Assembly: GCA_001662655.1 (NCBI GenBank)
Contig: KV460229.1
Source: Pseudogymnoascus verrucosus
Lineage: Eukaryota
Direction: 5' to 3' (one strand)
Length of the DNA: 35,519 nucleotides
Part shown: in pieces, positions 11,914 to 24,169 of the stretch
Layout: the number at the start of each line of letters is the position of its first letter
Numbering within the stretch: position 1 is the stretch's first letter
Translations under genes and position numbers: made by a program
The notes under the pieces: generated by a model
Seen by the model: only the letters and a program-made list of their open reading frames with translations
Database searches by the model: none
Told to the model about the DNA's origin: nothing

Positions 11914-12273
11914 GGCCTATGTTTGAGATCCGCTTTTAATAAGTCCGCTTCGAGAATTGTGCCAATAACAACTTAGTTGAATGATGATGCATTACTATAA
12001 TAGTGTGAAGGCTGACTCTACGTTCCCAAACCCACGATTTGCTGTTCTAGAGAGCGAGGCCTCTCGGGACCGTGTCAAGTGGATCAACCCATTCGTGAAT
12101 GGGATATAGTCGTGAGTGGGTCGGAACATATGCAATCGAAGGACTCCTCACCATCTCCCCTGCCTTTAAGTGAAACTCCCATTTAAGGGCAAGGCGTGCA
12201 TTTTTCGGACACGTAGATCACTGGTGAGACAACACTCAAATTTAGCCGTATTTCTATTCTCATCCAATCTCAC

Positions 12274-12646
12274 TTGCGCTGACGCAACTCTCAATTCCAA
12301 GCCGACAATACTTTGTCTACGCCATACTAGCCCCAAGCAGGCATTAGATGATTTTTGCGAAGCAAAACTGATACAAAGTACATCGTATACACCGTGAATA
12401 AGTAGACGAACTACTCTCTCGTTGCCCGAAACGCAAGGGATCTTCGGCAGATCAATTGCCTATTTCGGGGGTAGTAGTAGTTAGTTCTCAGTAAGCGCTA
12501 TACTACTCTAAAAGAGCTGCTTAGCCTGAGTTGTGAGGAGTAAGGTCATCGTAATGATAAATTGCAAATTGTCTGGTTTCGAAAGACGATTAAACTAGAC
12601 TCAAGGTAGGGTAACAAAATGTTCTTCGCCTGTGGCGTGCTGACGT
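12274..12646 (+). repeat. Dispersed repeat copy A (upstream of the acyltransferase)
   Basis: 12369-12646 is the diverged reverse complement of 23236-23516. 12391-12502 and 12274-12339 match copy C (31587-31773). Confidence 0.92.
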
Positions 12647-12747
12647 AAAAGTTGCTATAAAAGGCAGTTTTCGTTGCCATTTTACGCAGCTGTCTTTGTA
12701 TCAGAGTCACCTTTCTAGACAGGTAATCCTTCTAGAATCTTATAAAC

Positions 12748-14283
12748 ATGTCCAATGCAACCCTGCTACAAAAGTCCCGTCTATTCCCTTCGCCACGACT
12801 AACAGCGCAAGTGTCAACGCCGCTGTCGATTCTCGATGCAACAGTCGCTCGGTTTCCACCAACTGGTGCTGTCTGGCTCTTTTGCGCCCCACGTCCGCTA
12901 GACACCATTCTTCAACCGTCATTCGTAGCTACGCTGAACTCCTTCCCGCAATGGGCAGGCCAGCTGCAATGGTCCCTAGTCCGCGATGGCGGCCTCCACA
13001 CAGAGCGTTTTGGGCGCCCGATGCTAGTCCACGGCTGTGACTCTGATCCCGGAGTTGAATGGGTGATCTCAAAGGCGGCGGAGACCCTCGATTCCATCGT
13101 TCCGAGTGCGCTTGAGCGGGTAGTGGAGAAGGCAACCTGGATTTCCACAGACTTCCCAGAGCGGATATTCTTGTCTGACACGCCATTAGCACTCCACAAC
13201 CTCGTCGATTATGCCGGCCTACCAGGGATGTCAGTGCAGATCACAGATTTTGCCTGTGGCGGCTATGCCATCGCTGTCAAGATAGCCCATCCACTAGCTG
13301 ATGCACAGGCGCTGATGGTCTTTATGCACCAATGGGCGGCAACCTGCCGAGGATCCGCCAAATCTCCCATGGACCCTCCCATATTCAACCCAGGGTTGCT
13401 CGACTCTTATGCAGCAGGGAACATTGACGGAGACTCAGCAGACGTGGCCTTAGTTAACACAGCGCGCCTCCTGCCGCTCCATCGCTTTGACTGGTGGAAC
13501 GATGCCAAGGACCCCGCCTTTCCTTCGTTCCTCGCTCCTACAGGCGAAAATTTAAAGCCTCCACTCCTAGGCGAGAATTCAAAGTCTCTTCCTCTCTCAC
13601 CATCAACGTCTGCGCCATGGACCACCTGGGACTTGACACGCCCTGTGTCGCATGCTATGCTACACTTTACTGAAGAACAAATTAGTAACCTCCGTGCTAT
13701 CGCCCGCGAGTCACCGGGCTGCCGTCCTAACATATCCCGCCTCGACGCCCTCCTCGCGCATATCTGGTCTTCCATCAATCGTGCACGTAACCACTCTGAC
13801 TCTGCCTGCGACGTCTTCCTCAACGTAACCTTGAGTGCGCGAACTCGTGTGCAGCCTCCTCTGTCAGACTCATTCATTGGATCCCCAATTTTCCTCACGC
13901 ACATTCGTGCAAGTGGCAGAGAAGCTAGTGCGTTATGTCCAGGGCCGACGGCAAGCTTAATCCGCGAGACACTCACACTATTCACTCCGGAGAAGATAGG
14001 AGCGATGCTACACGATGCTGCGTATGAGATGTCGCCACAGCGGCTGTGGCAGGCATTCTTGGGCGACCGCCATACGATTGTGACGTCGTGGCTGAGGCTG
14101 AACGTATACGACATTGATTTCAGTGGTAGCATACCGAGATATGTGCACGCTGTGATGCCAAAAATGGATGGATGCGTACAAGTCATGGACTCGAGCCATG
14201 AAATTGGGGGAGTAGATATTACCTTATATTTAGACAGCCTAGCAATGGCGAGGCTAATTCAAGAGCGGGAGAACTCTTTTTAG
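12748..14283 (+). CDS. CoA-dependent acyltransferase (transferase/BAHD-like, HXXXD)
   Basis: Intact 511-aa ORF with LSILD, FPQWAGQL, VQITDFACGG, HPLADA (HXXXD) and DIDFSG (DFGxG-like). TATAAAAG at about 12656. Confidence 0.92.
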   Translation: MSNATLLQKSRLFPSPRLTAQVSTPLSILDATVARFPPTGAVWLFCAPRPLDTILQPSFVATLNSFPQWAGQLQWSLVRDGGLHTERFGRPMLVHGCDSDPGVEWVISKAAETLDSIVPSALERVVEKATWISTDFPERIFLSDTPLALHNLVDYAGLPGMSVQITDFACGGYAIAVKIAHPLADAQALMVFMHQWAATCRGSAKSPMDPPIFNPGLLDSYAAGNIDGDSADVALVNTARLLPLHRFDWWNDAKDPAFPSFLAPTGENLKPPLLGENSKSLPLSPSTSAPWTTWDLTRPVSHAMLHFTEEQISNLRAIARESPGCRPNISRLDALLAHIWSSINRARNHSDSACDVFLNVTLSARTRVQPPLSDSFIGSPIFLTHIRASGREASALCPGPTASLIRETLTLFTPEKIGAMLHDAAYEMSPQRLWQAFLGDRHTIVTSWLRLNVYDIDFSGSIPRYVHAVMPKMDGCVQVMDSSHEIGGVDITLYLDSLAMARLIQERENSF

Positions 14284-14985
14284 GCACGGAAATACAAGAC
14301 AAACTCAATAGGCACAACGGGTGCCGGGCATTAGGGTTCTGGCTTTGCCACCTCCCCCAACTCTTTATTCTACCTCCGCCCTCCGCCCCCCGCTATTCAT
14401 CACTCGTCTCCTGTCTTCTACTATCAGTGTGGTCTGTGATTAAACTTTTCCCACCTCTTCGGCAGATTGAATAACTGCCCTTATGGTTGTTATGTCTCGT
14501 TTCCACTTGTCCTTATTTCATCTTTTCCCCCTACCTAACTTTCATACCTTACCCATAGCAAATACTATGTTATCGACAGGGTCCTGAATTTCAAATTTCT
14601 TGCTGGCATCCTCAATATTCTCATTAGGCTGCGCTGCTGCCTAAGTAACTCCATCTACATATATTTATCACAGAACTCAGTGACTGATACTCGACGACGC
14701 ATGAAGCTCATGAGCGGCTACCGCTAACAGTTCATCTTGTTGCTGCTAGTTTCCAGTACGCTAAACACTGTTGCGATCCCTTATGCTGGACTGGAGTCGG
14801 GACCAGGGCACTGTACGGTTAAGTTAGATATTGACAAGAGAACATATCCTAAGAAGGGCTTCGTATTTCAACACCGCCCATCACAGCAAATATGAGAAGC
14901 AAATAACCATATTACAACTTACTCACGCCCCCCGTCTCCAAGTAGTCCGTCATAGATCCTCCCATCTTTGCTTCGTCCCTACTCC

Positions 14986-15938
14986 TCACAGCGTATTCGC
15001 CGCTCCCGGTTCCCTCATCATAAGCGGAATATCGACCTTCCCCTCAGCTCTAAACTCTGTAAAATTAAGACTAATCGTATCCCCTGTCTCCACCCAGCCA
15101 AGTCGTCGATATAGCTTCTCGCCCGCCTCCGAAGCCTCAATATACGTCTTCTTTCCCTCTCTATCGGCAAGCTTTAGCACTGGCGCTAGTAGCGCCGCGC
15201 TGAGACCGAGACGCTGGTACGTGGGAAGGACAGCGAGAATATTCATCACTAAACTTCCCGTTAGCTGCTATCCCGTTTATCTGGTAAGTGCTAGGCGCGG
15301 TCCTTATTAAGGAAACTAAGGTAAGGGAATGAGAACGCACAATACATATCATCCTTTTTCAACCACTTGTCCCGCATCTCGAACAGCTGCGTCTTAAACG
15401 CCTCCTGTGCCTTACTATTAGTCCCTAGAATCGGTTCTGGCTTTGGCGCTTTCTTAGCTTCCTCCGCTGCAGCCTCCTCTTTAGGTGTCAAGACGTGCGG
15501 GAACTACCAATGGGAAATAGCTGCGATTTTGCTAGTCGCGCGTTAGACATAGTTTCCTCCCTCCCGTATATGTCATCTCTAGCGTAGAAGAGCGAACGGA
15601 TTGATGAAGTTAATACTGCTGAAAGGGGGACAGCAGAACAAGGGAATGTGACAGAACAGAGAGTGAGCGGAATAAAAAACGCACCTAGTCCCCTCATTAA
15701 CAACCTTAAAATGTCTGCGCCCACTTATAACCCCCTGCTTCTTCTAAAACGCGATATTCTCTTCTCTTAGCGCAGCGCGGTCACTGGTCCCGCTCATGGT
15801 GTTGAAGAGAAGGTTACTAGCAAAGGCAATGTCGAAGACATCACAGAATTCGGGGATGTCACTCTCCCCGCCTTCAGAGATTGTGAATGTATAAGTCCCG
15901 ACGCTCAGGGTTTGTGGTGGAAGGTTGGATGTCGCCAT
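14986..15938 (-). pseudogene. GNAT N-acetyltransferase (3 exons) with two nonsense mutations
   Basis: The last exon has LAVLPTYQRLGLS (acetyl-CoA motif) and YIEASEAGEKLYRRLGW. Stops at ENIAF* (15744) and ISHW*FPH (about 15506). Confidence 0.8.
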
Positions 15939-16207
15939 GGTAGGTGGGGTGACGCAGGCAGAGTAAAAGCTACAGTTCACGGACGTCTAAAATGCTCAAA
16001 GAAATCACCCAGCCCAAAGCTTAAACAGCACAAAATAGCAATGAAAGCGATTTAAATGGCGGAACCGTACATATATATATGCCCCCCTAATCCCACTTCC
16101 GGCCTAGCCGCTTGGTTACTAAGAGGATTTCGCCACTCCGGTCCAGCCCCGTGGTCGCTAAGACAATCTCGCCATCCGCACTAAAAGTATGACTCTTGGC
16201 CAACGCG

Positions 16208-17693
16208 CTAAGGCTTCCCCACTTCCTTTTTGGCATCACCTCGCCGCTGTCTCGATTCGCTCGCCGCGATAAGCTTCAAAAATTTACCTTCTACACCTAA
16301 AGTTCCCTTTTCAACCTCGCCTTTCTTCTCCTTCTCTTCTGAATACTCGATCCGCTTCAGTAATGTCTACCATCGAACCCTTCGTGATCCCCAGTGCCTA
16401 ATTAGGCATATTCTTCGCATGCATCAGTTTCTCTTCCAAATCTCGTTTACCTTGTTTGATAGGCTCGCGGCTTTGGTATTTTAGGCCACCGCTTCTCTTG
16501 AGTATACTTGTATAAAGATCCTTAGAGTCTTATTCTTTACTCTATAATATTCCCTATACAAAGAACTGCCGATGAGCAAGTGAAGCAAGCTACCTAGAAA
16601 GAACTGCAAGAGTCATCGGCAATTAGTCTGTGCTCAATCTCCCATCTCTCTGTAATAATTTTATAAATGTAGCATACAGCGCAGGTGCGTTAGCAATCAA
16701 ACAAGCACACGGCAGTTCGATAGCAGCCCAGAATGCGCGGCCGTTCTGAGACGTTAAGTTTGGGCCGATCTTAGCGAGACGCAGGCAAGTGGTGATAATG
16801 ACGAAGAAGCCGAGGGTAAAGAGGAGGCTAAGCGATAGTTTCCTACAAGTTTGGCGTGTTAGTAGCGCTCAAAGACGACACAAAGAAGTCGCAGACGCTA
16901 AGAAGGGAGAGCTACTTTACCCACGGGAGATGGACTTGAAAGAGGACAGGAAGCGGGAGCACAATGAGGATGATTTGTGTGAAGAGGTTAAATGCACCTA
17001 TTATTGTAACCAATCAGCAGACTAGACTACAATATGGCATATAATCGTTTTCTTACCTTCAATGAAGAGTAGTTTCATCGCGCGAACGCACTGCGCTATT
17101 GTTTGCCAGCAGATCTAGGTTAGTAGTGTACGGCAGAGACGAGAGAGGAATACACGACGAACCGGGATCGTGCAAGACCCTCCAGTATAGAGATATTGGG
17201 TGACATTCCACAAAGACCATAATGACACTAACACAATAGGTGAGAGCCAAGATAACTATAACAATGTAGATCATTGTATGGCCGTACCATAATTCCACGA
17301 CGATTTTGGAGTAGAAGTCGAGCAAGATAGATTTGAGTAGCCAGTTGCTATGTAGTATATTTGTTAGCCCACTACAGTAAGAAAAAGTTGAGGTAGAACG
17401 CACGTCGAGATATACATAACCCGCGCAACAAGCACACATTTGCCTCCGACCGTCCGGCGGCGGATGTCCTCCGGGGTAAAGGCAGTGCCTGGTTCGATGT
17501 TAGGGGTGCCCCAGATGATAGATATGTAGACCGTAGGGATATAGATAATCAAGGTAAGCATAGCTAAGGCAGCAAGATAGTCGCCGAGGTCCAGGCGATA
17601 GAAATAGACCTTGCGCAGGACTAGACGCAAAGACAAAATCACGACTCCAGAGATGCAGCAGCCTAGCATGGCAGCTATAATTGTGCGGTCCAT
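16208..17693 (-). pseudogene. PTH11-like integral membrane protein (fungal rhodopsin-type domain, no CFEM), probably damaged in the C-terminal tail
   Basis: LRLVLR..DLGDYL, NWLLKSILL.FY, ECHPISLYW, LPLPVL, LFTLGFFVII..LR and WAAIE..ACLIANAPAL across several exons. Stops appear after TM7. The 3' end is approximate. Confidence 0.75.
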
Positions 17694-18239
17694 AATAGAA
17701 GCAGAGAGGTGGCAGGGTGTATATGCTCAAGTTCATTATGTTTCTGCTAGAGCTAGGGTCGTGGCGACGAGGTAAGAGACAAGAACTGACGCTACTGTAT
17801 AAAACGGAATGACGTGCAATAAGAATACTGGGAGCCCCAGCTAATCTATGCTCTAACCTTGTTCCGGAGTATTTACCGAGTGCATACGTACTGTATATGT
17901 GAGCGGCGCATATAAGCGAGCGGCGCACTCTGCGAAGTCGAATCCGGCTTCGCTTTGCTCACAGTCGGAGGAAGCGATGAACATCGTCGACAAATAACGC
18001 TTCAGTCTCAATATCTACCCTAGCGCATTACCTTTTAAACAGAATATAATTCATCACTCCCACTTTCGTATTTCTGATTATTTTGTGTTACGATCGCAGC
18101 TCACAGCCGCTAGCGACTATGGGAACAGGCAGCCATAGTACCCACTAAGGATTACAAGGAACCGTTAAGCGCACAACTGTATATAATGAGGAGTAGCCTC
18201 GCGTCTTTTCTTATTCTCTCTTTAGATTCAATCTAGCTT

Positions 18240-20160
18240 ACTTTTTGACTGCATCTTGACCTCCGTGGCCATCGTAACATTTTGAGCTCTGCTGCTCTCG
18301 CTCTCACCCGCACTCTCACTCTCTGATCGTCTTGCCGAACAGTGAGAGAGCATTTATCTAACGGTTAATATAGAATTGCCACCCGCTACATGTGATTATC
18401 GTCGAGGCTCTATAACAACGCTATCTTGCCCATCAACCTGCTGCCCTTCCCCATCACTGTGATCCTTTGTATGCCACCAACCTGGCCTAACCAAGATGCT
18501 GACACAACTATGTCATCGTATATAGATGCTAGCTGCTCGTCAATCTCCGTTTAGAGCTGACGATGATGTGCCCTACGTGTTGCATGGTTTCTCACACTCT
18601 GGTTTGCATCCTGGTCCGCTTTTTGGCTCTCACTTTGCGTTGCCTCAGTGTGAGTACCACAAGGTTAACAGTACGCTTATAACTACTGTCTGGTATTTGT
18701 ACTTGATATATGACATTCCTAGACTCGTAGGCTCAATATCGGCGAGACTGCTTCAGGCTATCGAGGAATCTACCCCATAGTACGTCTGCAATAGCTGTTG
18801 TGCCTTTCTAAGGACGGATTTCGCAGTTATGCATAGTCTTCATAAGAAACGACCATATTGCGCCCATCATCTTTAATGGTTAGAGCTTGCGATACCACGC
18901 CATATGCTATTTAAAGACTCTGCAATATTCGATGCATCATGGCCACAGCGAGGCTATGGGTAGTGAACGTATGTCCAAAGCTTAAACGGGATGTCTTGTA
19001 GGTAGCAGCTTACTTCATTACTTAGCTCTTCCATTGCTTTCCATTCCTCCTATAACGATAATTAGGCATGTAGTATATAGTGAATAGTAACTTACTTTAA
19101 ACGCCTTCTTATTCGTTGCTTGAGCTACCTTCCAAAATGGTTCCGGCACATAAGTCCATACCTCGTCTATATATTAAGTACTATATACTAGCAGCAATTA
19201 GCTTGATTCCCATTTGAAAAGTTAACATTAATAGCTGACGCAGTTCCCTTATCTCTATCACTTATAAAGATCATTTGGTTGCTTCTCGCCCATTCAAAAT
19301 GTTTATTAACGAAGCATAAAAACTCCGTCTACCACTCTGCGTTTTTTGTGGGGATTAAAACCCACGCAAGTGGCAATAGATTATCACTTGCATCGATAGT
19401 TGTAGCTATTAAAAGCATCATTCGATATTTTGACTTCGTACGTGTTGCATCGAGGGCAATAAAACCACGGCAGATGCGGCTAGCATGTATTAAGCCTGCA
19501 GGCGCAAATTCGATTGCTTGAAACGTATGCAAGTTGTTACCTCCATCTATAGCCTGTATAGCCTATAAGACTTTATTGTTCGTATCCAATGATTCGCTGT
19601 ATATATTGTGGGAATAGAGCAAAGTAGTCTCGCAGCCATCGATTTCAAGGAGAATGGCTTGTCTAACTCGATATGCTTGCAAGTACGTAATAGAGTTATG
19701 AAACTGTAGCCCTTCCGTAGCCTAAATTTGGCCTATATAACTAGTTAGCATTTATATAATAGATTACAAGTGTACGTAACTCGTAGTAATGTTCCAGCTG
19801 TCAGTCACAGATCGACGGTGATGATCCGCTAAATACCGGATACCATTCCGAGCCCAGCTATTACGCTGTGTAGTTAGGCTGCAAGTATGTTCAACGATGA
19901 TTGTAATAGCGAAACGGGGGTCTTTGCATGTTCTCGATGCTCGTATTTTAAAGCCGCAAGCCTCATCCCGACAGTGAACAATGTACCGTGTAGAGTCACT
20001 CTTATAACCTCGTTATGAGTGCCTACTGTTGAGCACCTAACGATTGACGGCATTACGAGCTCGAGCGATAGTCTCAAACGAAGCACTGAGCTTTAAATCC
20101 ATTGCGTTGTACAATTATTTCATAGGTACCTGGTTGGAGAAGAGAATTTAAGGCGGTGAG
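18240..20160 (-). mobile_element. Mutator-like (MULE) transposase remnant
   Basis: RGFIALDATRTKSKYRMMLLIATTIDASDNLLPLAW...ISDREKG...CRNHF is the MULE DDE core. Many stops. Boundaries are approximate and no TIRs were found. Confidence 0.8.
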
Positions 20161-20837
20161 CATAGGGTGGCAATTCTGATATTAACCGTTTATCTAATTG
20201 CGGGAATGAACTAGATTCTTGTCAGATCAATGGGCCGACACTAACATACATTTTAAGGGTGACCTGGTAGACGACGCTGACAGTATCCTTTATAATTTCA
20301 CGTCATATAATTTTTAACGGACATATTTTATTCGATTGAAGATGGTTTAATAAAAGAGGAAGATATTTACAGGGAGAATATAATATTTACCAGGATTAAG
20401 GTCAATAATAAGGGCGGGGCCAGCATAGATCATCAGGCCGGAGGTAGCACAGGCAGAGAGTGGGAGGGGGAGAGGGTTAAGGTAATAAGGCTGTAAGAAG
20501 AGGATGGCAAGCACATGCAGGGCGATTGAAATAGATTATGCTTCAAGGTCAATGCACCATTCTAGAAAAGCAACTAAGCCTTAATTTGGGTTCCTCTCAT
20601 TCACATCTCTTAAGTCCATCGCCTATCTAGATGCACATACTTATATACTTTCCATCGCCAGTTATCTCAACCGTACTAGCTGCCTAAATATAAAGGTAGT
20701 TGCCGAGGCATGAGGACCTAGCTCTTTAGGGGTTCGCCAACAATAAAAAACCCGTACTGTGCTTGGCCAATCTTGAGGCAGTAGCCATGGTCCATTGAAA
20801 ATGCTTGATTGAGGTATCCAATCCTATTCTGATTTTA

Positions 20838-22743
20838 CTACCAATCCCTATGGGCCTTACATTGACCTAATCTTCCAAACTGGTGACTACAAGTTGGATT
20901 ATAGGTGGCATTACCATAGGCGTCGCCCCCATAATCTAGATACCCTCGACTATGATCGAGAGGAATTTTCTGAATATCTGCTGCGGTACCAACAACCCAG
21001 GCTGTCTGCATACCTGAAAGAGCAGGGTTAGCGTTTGTACCACCTCTATGAACAGATCACTCACCCATGATCATATGCTCCAATGTATGGCAGTGGATCA
21101 ACCACACCCCCGGCTCGTCCACCCGGATCCGCCACGCCCGCCAACCAGCTGCAGCTCCTGCGTCTGTGACCGTTGAATACCGATATAGCATTGTTGTGTC
21201 TCTTCTCAAAGCCTTGTATCCCATATGGACAAGTTTCTCTTCGTTTGCCTCAGCGTTGTAAGAACCACTCCCGCTACCAATATCGTAGAAGTGTTGGCCA
21301 TGAGCATGGAGCGGATGCACGTCTAGGGCACCTCCGCTGTTCACCAACGACCCGGTATTCTGAAAGACAATCTCAAGCACCTCGCCCACCTTTGCCGGAA
21401 ATGCTCGAGTGTTGGGATCCCAGCCATGGTTACCCATCGCAGAGTCGTAATCAGGGACAGCAGTCTCGCCGCGCTGGTAGATATCCACCAGCAAAGGCTT
21501 TTGTACTGTACGCTCTGTCCAGGACTGATTCGCCAGCCGCCATATGATCTGATTGGTGGTGGGGTTGATCATCTGGACTGCATCAATAGTCACACGGCGG
21601 GTAACCTCTGCGAGGGTGGGATGGCCTATATGCTCTGGATATAAGGGCTGCAGCTTGTACTCAAGCCAGTCATAGGTGGCGTTTGGAAGGCTAAGCACTG
21701 CTTCCACTGGAGGACTAGGCAATGGAGCCCGCTTTGAATAGCGGAGTACTGCATAGCCGCGATAGATTGCTGGTCGGTCGCGAGTCTCAAACTGGAGGAA
21801 ATATGTGGTTTTTCCTTCGGCGTGCAACTCGTCCGCTGTCTTGGCTACGAAGAGTGCATCGAAGCGTTGGCCGGATCCTAGCTGTATGCGATTAACTGAG
21901 ACCGGTTGTGTCCACTCGCTACCGTCGACCTGGATAATGGTGAGGTTGTCGTGCCCTTCAAATGACATGCTGACAAGTGACAACCCTGTCGATCCGATGA
22001 AGCGAAAGCGGTAAGTTTTGCCAGGGTCAACTTCGATAACGGGCAGTGCGCCACAAGTCCCTGTAGAGGCGGCATGACCAACACCGATACCCTTGCCATT
22101 AAGTAAGACGGCGTGGGTCTCGCCTCCCCAGTCAAATGGCACTGCTTCCAAGCCAGCCTGGAACTCTTCATCCTTCTGGGGGAAGTAGTCACTCCAATGC
22201 AGTGTGCGCTCCTCGTCATACTTGTAAGGCGGCCTCCCACAGTCCTCGACAATTAGTGGCCCGGTGACAGTAATCGCCTGCATGCCGACATGGGAGTGGT
22301 AGAAATAAGTACCCGAGTCGTTCAGGTGTGTCTGCAGTTCATAGTCGAAGAAATGCCCAGGTGGGATTGGCCATTGGGATCCTTGTGGGCTGCCGTCTGA
22401 AAACTCCGCCATACGCTGGGATAGACCATGCCAGTGCTGTCGCTGATTAGAGCCTCTACTTATAATGATTTTGAGGACACTCCAGTCGTACCATGGTTAA
22501 ATTGCTATCTGTCATGCCATTGTGGACTCTGATCCACGTTGCTTTGCCTGGCTTGATCCGGAGCTCTGGTCCGGGAAACATCCCATTCACGATCGCCGAG
22601 AATCTCGTCTCGCAGGCTACTGAAATGTTGCCGGTTGTGACTCGCAGAATGTAATCTGGGACGAAGCTCGTGTCGTGTATTACTGTTGTCACTGCGGGAA
22701 TGAGCCATTGTGACCATAGTGCGTAGAGAATAATTGCGGCCAT
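20838..22743 (-). CDS. Secreted multicopper oxidase (fungal ascorbate oxidase-like, AA1), 3 exons
   Basis: All four Cu boxes are present: HWHG (22426-22437), YHSH, HPLHAHG and HCHTLEHMIMGM. Introns at about 22438-22490 and 21014-21063. Hydrophobic N-terminus. An alternative upstream ATG is at 22806. Confidence 0.92.
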
Positions 22744-22792
22744 TCTCGCAGCTTTGATGGATTTCAAAATTCCGGAAACAACATGCAGGAAC

Positions 22793-23026
22793 CTAGTCAT
22801 TTCCATGTCTTATAATCGATGGGTTCAGAGCCAGGTAAAGGTGATACTTACTCTATTCCGTTGAACACTCGTCAGTAACAACAAATCTGAGGCGATATAT
22901 CTATTTAACACTTACTCTTTCCTCAATTGCTTTAATAACCACTCCTTCGCCTGCTGTACCTAGCGCTGCGAACGTCATTGCTGCAAATAAAACAGAAACC
23001 ATAATAACAAAGTTAGGGAAATACAT
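22793..23026 (-). CDS. Candidate small secreted peptide (about 56 aa, 2 exons), absent from the ORF track
   Basis: Exon 1 (23026-22916) reads MYFPNFVIMVSVLFAAMTFAALGTAGEGVVIKAIEER. Intron GTAAGT..TACTGAC..TAG at 22915-22853. CA-rich leader and CATATAAG at about 23130. Exon 2 is uncertain. Confidence 0.45.
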
Positions 23027-23235
23027 AATGAAGACGAAAAATTGATTTTAAGTGTGGTGTTGTTGCTTGGACTTTCGGATTCTAGAATTGTTGTGATCTA
23101 TAAAGCGTTAGACAGGAATACACTCTATCTTATATGCATTGGAAGTATATGCCAAAACTATCTAGGAGAGTAAGGGCTAAAAAGAACACTACAATCCTTT
23201 TTAGTAAGATATATCACAAACCTAGAGGTTAGCCC

Positions 23236-23665
23236 ACGTCAGCACGCCACAGGCGAATAACATTTTGTTATCCTACCTCGAGTCCAGATTAATCGTCTTT
23301 TGAAACCAGACAATTACTAATTTATCATCACGATAGCCTCACTCCTCACAATTTAGGCTAAGCGGCTCTTTTAAAGCAGTATAGCGCTTACTGAGAACTA
23401 ACTACTATCTCCCCCCCTAAAATAGGCAATTGATCCGCTGAAGATCCCTTGCGTTTCAGGCAACGAGGGAGTAGTTTGTCTTCATATTCACGGTGTATTC
23501 GATGTACTTCATATCATTCGAGCTTAGCGAAGCGAGAAGTTCTACTCCTACTTTATTAATCTTAAATAAAATCACGAATTCATTAACTAGAACATTCGAT
23601 TACAATATCACGACAATACAGATCTACAGGGTCTCACGCATCCCCCGTTGCAAATCCTATTTCCT
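23236..23665 (-). repeat. Dispersed repeat copy B
   Basis: 23236-23516 matches copy A inverted. 23380-23494 and about 23561-23665 match copy C directly. Confidence 0.92.
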
Positions 23666-24169
23666 GTCATCACGCGGTGCAGACCCAGGTCACATTCCTG
23701 AAGGTATGGACGGATTTGGCCCTTGATGGAAAATTCTGGTTGACTAGCATATTGACAAAGACGCCAGCCACTTCTTGCCTCTTGCTCACTTGCTTGACCA
23801 AGGCAAACCATCCTGCACACTATGGAGCGCTTACATGTAGTTGCAGACTTTCGAGACAATTCTGTGAAACCTCTCTGCATGGTTTTGGAAATGCATTCGA
23901 TGCTCGAGCCGGACGTCACATATACGACAATCAGTTAACTGATTAACTCCAATCCTTCTAACATGCTTTTTACCTGTAGCATTCGCCGTATTTAGGGCAT
24001 ACGTATTTTTCTGCCGCCCGGACGGATCCCTGTCAGGGGGAACCCCACGGGCCATTCTTTTATAAGTATTCTTTCATAAATGTAGAAATCCGCCCATGAG
24101 GGCGTGCGCCCTCCCGCAGCCCCTATAGCCCTACATACAGCCTTACAGGTGGGCTATTAGGAGTGCTAG

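Noticed and set aside
13407..14186. 259-aa minus-strand ORF
   Set aside because: Antisense shadow of the acyltransferase with no recognisable motifs.
23222..23260. Helitron 3' end (short hairpin then CTAG) at the end of repeat B
   Set aside because: Only a 4-bp stem, the CTAG is not followed by T, and it is absent from copy A.
12369..23516. Repeat copies A and B as TIRs of an 11-kb composite transposon
   Set aside because: Both copies extend beyond the shared segment into blocks shared with copy C, and I found no TSD or common outer terminus.
23608..23919. 103-aa Cys-rich minus-strand ORF running into repeat B
   Set aside because: No ATG start or signal peptide, and differences from copy C do not favour this frame.
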